From: a virus
IMG/VR virus record: IMGVR_UViG_3300045988_083803
Span: 1-43,380 of that record
Direction: 5' to 3' (one strand)
DNA length: 43,380 bases
Shown: positions 26,311-32,931 of the stretch, piece by piece
Layout: the number at the start of each line of letters is the position of its first letter
How positions within the stretch are numbered: the stretch's first letter is position 1
Notes under the pieces: generated by a model
The model's database searches: none
The model's input: only the letters and a program-made list of their open reading frames with translations
What the model was told of the DNA's origin: nothing
Translations under genes and position numbers: made by a program

Positions 26311-27165
26311 ATGAGTTTAACAAGTGAAAGTATGACTCCTGCCGATATCGCAGCCGTAACAGGTAATAACGGTAACGGAATGTGGGGTGATGGTGGTGCA
26401 TGGTGGATCATCATTCTTTTCCTCTTCGTGTTCTGCGGTTGGGGAAACGGTAACGGATGGGGAAACAACGGAGGTGCAGGCGCGGCTGATAACTACGTTT
26501 TAGCAAGCGATTTTGCAACCTTACAGCGACAGATCGACAGCTCTACAGCGTCATTAGAGCGCAAATCCGATGCAATCAACAGCGGCTTATGTGATGGCTT
26601 TTATGCGCAGAACACTACCGCATTGACTGGATTTGCAAATGTAAACCAGAACCTTTGCAATGGCTTTTCACAGGCTGAGTTATCCAGAGCCAACGGGCAG
26701 ATGAACCTCATGCAGCAGATGAACGCAAACAATATCACAGCTATGCAGAATGCAAATGCTTTGCAGTCTCAGCTTGCACAGTGCTGTTGTGATAACCGAG
26801 AAGCCATAGCAGGTATAAATTACAACATGGCGATGAATACCAATGCTTTGCAGCACAGTGTAGAATCTGGATTCTGCCAGACAAACTACAACAACGCTTC
26901 CAACACACGCGATATCATCGACAATCAGAACAGCAACGCAAGAGCTATCCTTGATGCACTGAACGCACAGCAGCTTGCAGCGAAAGACGCGAAGATTGCC
27001 GAGCAGAATCAGCAGATTTTCGGCTTGCAGTTAGCAGCATCACAGCAGGCACAGAACAACTACTTGGTTCAGACGCTTAAGCCTGCACCAGTTCCGAGCT
27101 TCCCTGCTGGACAGCTTTACGGCTATATGAACGGTTGCTGCAATCCATGCAATAGCTGTTCCTGA
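26311..27165 (+). CDS. Accessory cassette gene 4: single-pass membrane protein, Gly/Asn/Trp-flanked TM, long N/Q-rich Cys-studded region
   Basis: AAAGGAG RBS. Encodes GNNGNGMWGDGGAWWIIILFLFVFCGWGNGNGWGNNGG, has QCCCDNR, and ends GCCNPCNSCS. Confidence 0.6.
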   Translation: MSLTSESMTPADIAAVTGNNGNGMWGDGGAWWIIILFLFVFCGWGNGNGWGNNGGAGAADNYVLASDFATLQRQIDSSTASLERKSDAINSGLCDGFYAQNTTALTGFANVNQNLCNGFSQAELSRANGQMNLMQQMNANNITAMQNANALQSQLAQCCCDNREAIAGINYNMAMNTNALQHSVESGFCQTNYNNASNTRDIIDNQNSNARAILDALNAQQLAAKDAKIAEQNQQIFGLQLAASQQAQNNYLVQTLKPAPVPSFPAGQLYGYMNGCCNPCNSCS

Positions 27166-27180
27166 TAGGGGGTGGCGAGT

Positions 27181-27591
27181 ATGGCAGAATATACGTTAAC
27201 CACACCTACAGCCGTCCCTCTGGGCGGTGCAGTGCCATATACCAACACAATTATCAAGGGTTGCTGTAATATCAAGCACAGGGCAGGATCAGGGCAGGTG
27301 ACTGTCAAGGGCGGCACTTGCTGCAATCCTGCAAAGTACCTTGTGTACTTCCATGCCAACGTAACAGGGGTTGCAGGAGCAATTCAGCTTGCACTGTTTT
27401 TGGATGGCGAGAGGCTTCCAGAAACCTTGATGGCTGTTGTTCCTGCCGCTGCGACTGACGTTTGGTCAGTGAGTGCAGAAACTGAATTTTGCGTGGACTG
27501 CTGCTGTGGCACAGTCTCAGCAAGAGTAGTAGAGGGTGCAACTGTTACGATTAATACAGCAGAGATAATTGTAAAGAAGGAGGTGGCATAA
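27181..27591 (+). CDS. Accessory cassette gene 5: Cys-cluster beta-rich protein, possibly a C1q/TNF (BclA C-terminal)-like jelly roll
   Basis: GGGGGTGG RBS. Cys clusters KGCCNIKH, GGTCCNP and VDCCCGT. The fold assignment is by pattern recollection only. Confidence 0.5.
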   Translation: MAEYTLTTPTAVPLGGAVPYTNTIIKGCCNIKHRAGSGQVTVKGGTCCNPAKYLVYFHANVTGVAGAIQLALFLDGERLPETLMAVVPAAATDVWSVSAETEFCVDCCCGTVSARVVEGATVTINTAEIIVKKEVA

Positions 27592-27986
27592 TGGGAACAA
27601 TGGAAGATTTGAAGCGCATGATTTGCACAGAGCTTGAGGAAATCGCACAGAAAGGTGAAATGTCCGCAGGTGATCTTGATACAGTATACAAGCTCATCGT
27701 ATCGAAGGAAAAGCTTCTGCGCATTGACGAGCTTGAAGAAAAGCTTGGCTATAGCGAGGACGGCAGAAAATGGAGATACAGCAGAGACGGAGAGCCAGAT
27801 GGCGGTAGCAGCTATGGACGGCATTATGTGAGGGCACACTACAGCAGAGACGGCAGAGGACGCTACAGCATGGATGAAGGGCGCACGATGCTTGCAGATC
27901 AAATCAAAGATATGATTGATAACAGCGATCTGAGCCAGAGTCAGAAAGGCGCACTCAGAAAGGCAATGGAAGCTTTGCAGGAATGA
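27591..27986 (+). CDS. Accessory cassette gene 6: helical ends with an Arg/Gly/Tyr/Ser/Asp-rich centre
   Basis: GAAGGAGGTGG RBS and TAATG overlap. The centre reads YSRDGEPDGGSSYGRHYVRAHYSRDGRGRYSMDEGR. Confidence 0.55.
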   Translation: MGTMEDLKRMICTELEEIAQKGEMSAGDLDTVYKLIVSKEKLLRIDELEEKLGYSEDGRKWRYSRDGEPDGGSSYGRHYVRAHYSRDGRGRYSMDEGRTMLADQIKDMIDNSDLSQSQKGALRKAMEALQE

Positions 27987-28007
27987 TGATGGAAAGGGGG
28001 TAGAGCG

Positions 28008-28331
28008 ATGCTTGATATGGACGAGATAAAAAGTGAGATTGCACGGCTTGAAAATGGAAATATCACCTTTTCAACTGTGGAAAAGCTTGCTATGCTCTAC
28101 ATAGTACAAGAGCGCAACTCCCCTACACCAGAACCAGAGCCAATTGAGATACAGCAAATGCCAAGATATGCGTATGCAGCAGCTCCAACTGCCCCTAAAT
28201 CTGATTTTTTAGAGGCGGTTGGAAAAGTACCGATAGAAAAAGCCTTAGATGTACTGGATGAGCATATGGAAGCAATAAAGCTGCTATATCCTAAGGAGTA
28301 CAAGGCTGTGATCAGCAAGATTTTAGAGTAA
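28008..28331 (+). CDS. Accessory cassette gene 7: hypothetical protein with a Pro-rich linker
   Basis: AAAGGGGG RBS. It has the linker SPTPEPEPIEIQQ and is the last gene before the terminator. Confidence 0.5.
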   Translation: MLDMDEIKSEIARLENGNITFSTVEKLAMLYIVQERNSPTPEPEPIEIQQMPRYAYAAAPTAPKSDFLEAVGKVPIEKALDVLDEHMEAIKLLYPKEYKAVISKILE

Positions 28332-28332
28332 C

Positions 28333-28365
28333 AAAAAAAAGGCAGGGAGCTTTTAGCCCTCTGCC
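28333..28365. terminator. Bidirectional terminator between convergent gene sets (stronger on the minus strand)
   Basis: AAAAAAAA-GGCAGGGAGC-TTTTA-GCCCTCTGCC-TTT, an imperfect 10-bp stem. An 8-nt U-run results when read on the minus strand. Confidence 0.6.
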
Positions 28366-28374
28366 TTTAACTGT

Positions 28375-29058
28375 TTATCGAAAATTGATATAGCTGTGCC
28401 AAAAATATCCGTTTTTTAATCTTTCGAGATCCGATTCGTAAGTGTCAATGTCGTGATGATCTAGCTTTCCAATCAATTCCATGTATTGATATTCATATCC
28501 ATCTTCTTTCATGAGGTCTGCCATGATCTTCCATACCATAAGAGACTTAGCTTCATCGTAAGGCTTACCTTCGTACCACTCGTCTCTCTCTTCAAGCAAT
28601 CCAAGTTCTTCCGCTTTCTTTTCATACATTGGAAGAAACTGCAAATCATGCTCTGGAATTGAATCAGTAGTAATAACTTCACATGCTTTGAAATAATAAT
28701 GCTTAAAAAGTGAATTGAATTTAGACGGAATTTGACGTGGTGCGTGTTTGTGCTTGTACTGCTCGGTAAGATCAGATACTAGCGCACTCAAATCTATATC
28801 ATCTGGCATTGCACTGGTAATATAGCAATAACCGTCATTTGCGTTAAAGATACAATACCATGTGCTGCCATCTGCCTTGAACTTGAAAACGTCCAAGCTG
28901 TAGAAGCAGTTATCGGTGCAAATAATAGGGGATAACTCCAATGGTATATTGCATTTGCTTGCAGAGTCTAACAGGCTTTCTAAGCTTTCCGTGTAGCATA
29001 CCGTAACAGCAACTCCATAATGCGTTCCTTCAAATAATGGCTTTAAAAAATTTTTCAT
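28375..29058 (-). CDS. Unknown 227-aa protein, last gene of the reverse-strand operon
   Basis: ORF track entry. It starts 1 nt after the upstream stop. The region is AT-rich. No motif recognised. Confidence 0.6.
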   Translation of the reverse strand: MKNFLKPLFEGTHYGVAVTVCYTESLESLLDSASKCNIPLELSPIICTDNCFYSLDVFKFKADGSTWYCIFNANDGYCYITSAMPDDIDLSALVSDLTEQYKHKHAPRQIPSKFNSLFKHYYFKACEVITTDSIPEHDLQFLPMYEKKAEELGLLEERDEWYEGKPYDEAKSLMVWKIMADLMKEDGYEYQYMELIGKLDHHDIDTYESDLERLKNGYFWHSYINFR

Positions 29059-29059
29059 T

Positions 29060-29245
29060 TCATTGTCCTCCGTTCTTTGTTTTAAAATCTTCCTTTACCA
29101 TTCGTTCCAGTGCCAATCTAAAATAAATTGGGCACTTATTTACTCCCAGTTCCCAGTTCTGGAGTGTGCGCTTGGGGATTGAGTATAAATCCCCAAACTT
29201 TTGTTGGTTTAATCCAGTCAGCTCTCGAAGCTCCTTAACTTCCAT
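29060..29245 (-). CDS. Small XRE-type HTH protein (61 aa)
   Basis: ELRELTGLNQQKFGDLYSIPKRTLQNWELG is an XRE-type HTH. Confidence 0.7.
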   Translation of the reverse strand: MEVKELRELTGLNQQKFGDLYSIPKRTLQNWELGVNKCPIYFRLALERMVKEDFKTKNGGQ

Positions 29246-29251
29246 ATTGTT

Positions 29252-29587
29252 TTAGTTCCTTTCCTTTTTCTGACGCCAATTGTAAATTATCTTTGCGTTC
29301 TTGGAATAATGTTGACCATACTCAGGTCTTTCTCTTGGTAGATATGCACGGACACTTGATAAGCTTAACTTTACTGCCTTGGAAATATCTTCAACCCCCA
29401 CCCCTTGGCTATACAATTCAAGAATCCTTGCATGTGCTGCATTTAATACATATCCATGAGTGGCTAGACACTTGGTTATTTTGTGATGAGAACAACCAGT
29501 TTGAATTGAAATAGGCTTAACTGCTCCATACTGCTTCCACAAATCAATTATAGCTTTGTCTGTCTTACTGATTTGATCACCCATCAT
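29252..29587 (-). CDS. HTH protein (sigma-r4/LuxR-like, 111 aa)
   Basis: ARILELYSQGVGVEDISKAVKLSLSSVRAYL. ATGA overlap with the upstream gene. Confidence 0.55.
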   Translation of the reverse strand: MMGDQISKTDKAIIDLWKQYGAVKPISIQTGCSHHKITKCLATHGYVLNAAHARILELYSQGVGVEDISKAVKLSLSSVRAYLPRERPEYGQHYSKNAKIIYNWRQKKERN

Positions 29588-29814
29588 CGTTCCTCTCTAC
29601 ACTCGGCACTATAGATAAGTTTCATATCTTCTCCTGCTTCAATATAGGAGTTGTAATCTGTTAATTCACAATAGATTACTTCACCACTTGCAGTATTAAG
29701 CCATGCCTCCACATATCCGTTATATGTTGCTTTTTTTGCCATTGCTCTTGCATGTGCTGCAATTCTCTTTTTATCTGTCTTGCTGAGCACGAATCTGTTA
29801 TTTTCTTTCTTCAT
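29584..29814 (-). CDS. Hypothetical 76-aa protein, first gene of the reverse operon
   Basis: ORF track entry, downstream of the predicted promoter at 29864-29892. Confidence 0.5.
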   Translation of the reverse strand: MKKENNRFVLSKTDKKRIAAHARAMAKKATYNGYVEAWLNTASGEVIYCELTDYNSYIEAGEDMKLIYSAECREER

Positions 29815-29863
29815 TTCCCTTTACCTTACTACCTTTGGCAGTTCCTTTCTTTGTTATGACTAT

Positions 29864-29892
29864 AGTATAGCACCGATTCAGTGCTTTGTAAA
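29864..29892 (-). promoter_or_regulatory. Promoter of the reverse-strand operon
   Basis: On the minus strand: TTTACA, a 17-nt spacer, then TATACT. Confidence 0.6.
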
Positions 29893-29917
29893 GTATATAT
29901 TTGCACTTAATCAGTGC
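29870..29917. promoter_or_regulatory. Two 15-bp palindromic operator candidates (29870-29884 and 29903-29917)
   Basis: GCACCGATTCAGTGC and GCACTTAATCAGTGC share GCAC-N7-GTGC dyads with centres 33 bp apart. The first fills the promoter spacer. Confidence 0.5.
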
Positions 29918-29930
29918 TTTTTATTGATAT

Positions 29931-29982
29931 TTTTTGCTATTATGTTACTATGACAAGTGACAAGGTGACATAATAGCAAAAA
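29931..29982. repeat. Perfect 14-bp inverted repeat around a 24-bp core (attP candidate)
   Basis: TTTTTGCTATTATG (29931-29944) and CATAATAGCAAAAA (29969-29982). The right arm ends 27 bp from the integrase stop codon. Confidence 0.45.
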
Positions 29983-30009
29983 GTAAGCACAAAAAAATTG
30001 CACAAAAAT

Positions 30010-31344
30010 TTAAACAAAGTACACCTTGTCGACTGAGTGACGCTTGATCTCGATTTTCCTCACAACTCTGTGCCAGAAATCTCGCTTTCCCTGTCTTGAT
30101 AGCTGCTCGTAAATTTCCTTCCAGTTATCTGGCATCTGGCTGACTGGTAGCGCAGGTGCTGCCAAACTCTCAAGCTCCGCAAGCTGTGCTTTCAGCTCTT
30201 TTGTTTTTTCAAGATACTCAGCACGGCTCATATCACCATCAAGGTATATATCTTTCAGCCGTTCCAATCTCCCCTTGATCTTCTCAATTTTTCCCTCGGT
30301 GCTTTTTGCTTTCGCTGCAAGCTTTTGAACGCTTGCGTTATAGTCTACAATCAATTCTTCCAGATGATCTATCATGTAGCTTTCCAAATTGTGTTCCATG
30401 ATGAATGCAGCGTTTTTGCATTCTCCTCTCCGCACAGTTCTCATGCGACATTGATAGTATAGCTTTTCACTTGGTTTGCCGTAGCTTGTATAGCAAGTAC
30501 ACTTGGAACCCATCCTTGCACCACAACTTGCGCAGAAGATCAACCCTGTAAAAATATATACTCTGTCTGCTTTTGGCTGTCTGGGATAATGCTGCCTTGC
30601 TTGCTGTATAAGCTCATGTTGTGCAGGTGTGATATATCCTGGCACTGATACACCATAGTAAGTGCCGTAGTACGGCTCTTTATCAAGCAAAAAATGAGCG
30701 GTTTTCCGAGACATTTTCAAGCCCTTTTCGGCAGCTGCATCCATGGCTTGCACTGGGCTGTATGTGTTAAGATAGGTATCGAAAAAAGCTTGCATAGCTT
30801 CTTTTGTCTGAGGATCGAAGTCAATCGTAGATGCTGATGTGCGGATATATCCGAGTGGCATCTTGCCTACTATGATATATCCCTGCGATTTGCGATACTC
30901 GTTAACCGCTCTGATACGCTCTGAGGTGCGGTCTGACTCAGCTTGGGCGATGGAAAGCATGATGTTAACCTTGAAAACACCTGCGGACGTTTCCGTCTCG
31001 TAGTCCTCCCAGATAGCTCTCCAAGGCACTTTTGCGGCATCAAGCTGACTCTGTACCTCATAGTAGTCCGCAACCGAGCGAAACCATCTATCGAGCTTTG
31101 TAAAAAGGATGATATCAATTTTGTGATCTTTGCAATCCTGTATAAGTTGTAGCAGCGCAGGACGTGCTTTGTACTTCTTTCTCGCACTAATGCCTGCATC
31201 GTTGTAGATGCCTGCAACTTCCAAACTGTTCTCGCGGCAATACTTTTGCAGCGCATCAATCTGGCTATCTACTGATAAGCCGTGATCTCTTTGTTCTGCG
31301 GTTGATACGCGGACATATATAGCCGCCCTTTTCTTTCCTTCCAT
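30010..31344 (-). CDS. int: Large serine recombinase (integrase)
   Basis: AAIYVRVSTAEQ contains the catalytic Ser. Resolvase domain, recombinase domain and a Cys-rich zinc ribbon (CASCG...CTCY...YYQC), then a coiled-coil C-terminus. Confidence 0.9.
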   Translation of the reverse strand: MEGKKRAAIYVRVSTAEQRDHGLSVDSQIDALQKYCRENSLEVAGIYNDAGISARKKYKARPALLQLIQDCKDHKIDIILFTKLDRWFRSVADYYEVQSQLDAAKVPWRAIWEDYETETSAGVFKVNIMLSIAQAESDRTSERIRAVNEYRKSQGYIIVGKMPLGYIRTSASTIDFDPQTKEAMQAFFDTYLNTYSPVQAMDAAAEKGLKMSRKTAHFLLDKEPYYGTYYGVSVPGYITPAQHELIQQARQHYPRQPKADRVYIFTGLIFCASCGARMGSKCTCYTSYGKPSEKLYYQCRMRTVRRGECKNAAFIMEHNLESYMIDHLEELIVDYNASVQKLAAKAKSTEGKIEKIKGRLERLKDIYLDGDMSRAEYLEKTKELKAQLAELESLAAPALPVSQMPDNWKEIYEQLSRQGKRDFWHRVVRKIEIKRHSVDKVYFV

Positions 31345-31374
31345 TTCCTTTTCTGTATCCTTTCTTGTGTTACG

Positions 31375-31396
31375 TTTACATGATTAGTCATGTAAA
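31375..31396. repeat. 22-bp palindrome in the int 5' region
   Basis: TTTACATGA-TTAG-TCATGTAAA with perfect 9-bp arms. Confidence 0.6.
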
Positions 31397-31474
31397 AAGT
31401 GTTAAAAAAAGTATTATATCGCTTTCTTCTTTGTGTTAGCATGGAAACATCTTTTTTTTAAGGAGGTGCATCAT

Positions 31475-31606
31475 ATGGATAGAAAGGAGCTTATAAAAAA
31501 GATATCAAGTCTACTGCAAACCTTTGATCTTGTTACCCTGTTAGCTATTTACCGTACGCTTAAACGCGTCCAGAAAGGAGCCGTAAATGAAAAAGATGCT
31601 GATTAA
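31475..31606 (+). CDS. Micro-ORF A (43 aa, not in the ORF track)
   Basis: AAGGAGGTG lies 6 nt before the ATG. Encodes MDRKELIKKISSLLQTFDLVTLLAIYRTLKRVQKGAVNEKDAD. Confidence 0.5.
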   Translation: MDRKELIKKISSLLQTFDLVTLLAIYRTLKRVQKGAVNEKDAD

Positions 31607-31682
31607 AAAGATAACCGATATGTTGCAAACACAAAATGAAGATGTGTTGCTGTTAATTTATGAAATTTTGCTTAGGATGTAG
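31587..31682 (+). CDS. Micro-ORF B (31 aa), paralog of micro-ORF A
   Basis: AAAGGAG lies 6 nt before the ATG. Encodes MKKMLIKKITDMLQTQNEDVLLLIYEILLRM. Its 3' end overlaps the convergent repressor-like gene by 11 nt. Confidence 0.45.
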   Translation: MKKMLIKKITDMLQTQNEDVLLLIYEILLRM

Positions 31683-32061
31683 CTTGTTTGAGTTCTTTGA
31701 GGTTGCACAGTATGCCCCCAAAACTCTGCGCTTGATCCTCTGAGAGCTGCAAGACGTACTGTACAGCCTCAATTGCGACTTGATAACGGCTTGATGTGGG
31801 ATCAAGTTGCCTCAGTTGGCTTGCGATGTTGGAGACTTCCGCACATGATGTAACCTGCATTTTGCCTTTTCCAGTCCGTAACCACTCCTCACGAATGCCG
31901 AATCTCTCGCAGATCAGCGTGATACTCTGCGTGCTTGGCTTGCTTTTTCCACTGCACATATTAGATACTGCTGACTCTGAAATGTGCAAAGTTCGTGCCA
32001 ATCCTGCCTGCTTCATCCCCTTCATCTTCAATATCTGTAAAATTCTATCCCCGATTTCCAT
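31672..32061 (-). CDS. XRE/CI-like HTH repressor 2
   Basis: ILKMKGMKQAGLARTLHISESAVSNMCSG...ICERFGIREEWLRTGKGKM. It has its own extended -10 promoter. Confidence 0.8.
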   Translation of the reverse strand: MEIGDRILQILKMKGMKQAGLARTLHISESAVSNMCSGKSKPSTQSITLICERFGIREEWLRTGKGKMQVTSCAEVSNIASQLRQLDPTSSRYQVAIEAVQYVLQLSEDQAQSFGGILCNLKELKQATS

Positions 32062-32086
32062 TTTTTTTCACCTCCCTTCTCTTCTT

Positions 32087-32115
32087 ATTATATCACATTC
32101 CCTTTTGAAAGTAAA
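32087..32115 (-). promoter_or_regulatory. Promoter of repressor-like gene 2
   Basis: On the minus strand: TTTACT, a 17-nt spacer, then TGATATAAT (extended -10). Confidence 0.6.
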
Positions 32116-32148
32116 TAGACAACTTATATAGATTAAGGAAAAGACTAA

Positions 32149-32293
32149 TAAAAAAAGGAAACCAGAACAATCTGGCTTCCTAAATGCGGGGAATTATTGA
32201 GTTCTTTTCACACAACGCCCCTCGTGCCGAAAGGAAGCACGAAGGGCAGACAGAAAGGATAAAGGTACTTGCCTTTTGTGGTTATCCCACATA
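32149..32293 (-). ncRNA. Candidate stand-alone sRNA of about 145 nt (class unknown)
   Basis: It has its own promoter (32300-32328) and an intrinsic terminator (32149-32180). Internal hairpins include an 11-bp stem at 32217-32247. No RBS-preceded ORF. Confidence 0.45.
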
Positions 32294-32299
32294 GAGAAA

Positions 32300-32328
32300 A
32301 GTATAAAAGATGTATGAACCCTTTACAA
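32300..32328 (-). promoter_or_regulatory. Promoter of the sRNA candidate
   Basis: On the minus strand: TTGTAA, a 17-nt spacer, then TATACT. Confidence 0.55.
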
Positions 32329-32351
32329 CCCTAACTATAAGTGCGATGAAT

Positions 32352-32393
32352 AAAAAAAGCAAGGACTTTTTTAAGTCCCTGCTTTCTTTTTTT
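32352..32393. terminator. Bidirectional intrinsic terminator downstream of repressor 1
   Basis: AAAAAAA-AGCAAGGACTT-TTTT-AAGTCCCTGCT-TTCTTTTTTT. The single imperfect position in the stem is a G-U pair on the minus strand. Confidence 0.7.
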
Positions 32394-32440
32394 ACCTTTT
32401 TACTGGGTGCGGTAATATGCTGCGGAAATGCAGCGTTTTT

Positions 32441-32836
32441 TTACTTTTCCCCCTTACTGATCGCAGCATTAAGCTTGCGGATCATGTCCAATACAGCTTG
32501 CATTTGGGTTTCGTCCAGCTGCAAAAGAGTTTTGTTTAATGCAACTAAAAAGTTGTATGTCTCTGGATCGGTTTCTTCTTTGCGAAAAAGTTGTGCTGTG
32601 ATAGCAGCTATTTCTTCTTGTTTTGATGTGGGTGCATACATTTCCCCTTCACCAGTGCGAAACCAATTCTCATTTATTCGAAACTCCCTGCAAATGTCTT
32701 TTATAACACGGTCTGCAATTGGGTTTCTACCTGCCTCCATTAGATATATATAGTTCTTAGTCAGGTTTATTCGCTTTGCAAATTCATCTTGCGTAAGCTT
32801 TGCGGCTTTCCTTATTTGCTTTAGTCTCTCTTCCAT
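32441..32836 (-). CDS. XRE/CI-like HTH repressor 1 (adjacent to the divergent switch)
   Basis: LKQIRKAAKLTQDEFAKRINLTKNYIYLMEAGRN...FRINENWFRTGEGEM. Confidence 0.8.
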   Translation of the reverse strand: MEERLKQIRKAAKLTQDEFAKRINLTKNYIYLMEAGRNPIADRVIKDICREFRINENWFRTGEGEMYAPTSKQEEIAAITAQLFRKEETDPETYNFLVALNKTLLQLDETQMQAVLDMIRKLNAAISKGEK

Positions 32837-32859
32837 GCAAAAGCCCTCCTTTCTACTTC

Positions 32860-32891
32860 ATTATAAAGCATACTCTTAAAAGTGTAAAGAG
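32860..32891 (-). promoter_or_regulatory. Leftward (repressor) promoter overlapped by a palindrome
   Basis: On the minus strand: TTTACA, a 17-nt spacer, then TATAAT. The dyad CTCTTAAAAGTGTAAAGAG (32873-32891) covers the -35 and spacer. Confidence 0.6.
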
Positions 32892-32931
32892 TAAAAATCT
32901 TAATTTTTCACACTTTTTTATCTAAAACCTA

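Noticed and set aside
27384-27902. A 172-aa minus-strand ORF overlapping accessory genes 5 and 6.
   Set aside because: It has no RBS and an Ala/Ser-rich mirror-frame composition. The plus-strand ORFs have strong RBSs and translational coupling.
32310-32753. A 147-aa plus-strand ORF antisense to repressor 1.
   Set aside because: It has no RBS, runs through a bidirectional terminator, and gives a low-complexity hydrophobic translation. The opposite strand encodes a clear XRE HTH protein.
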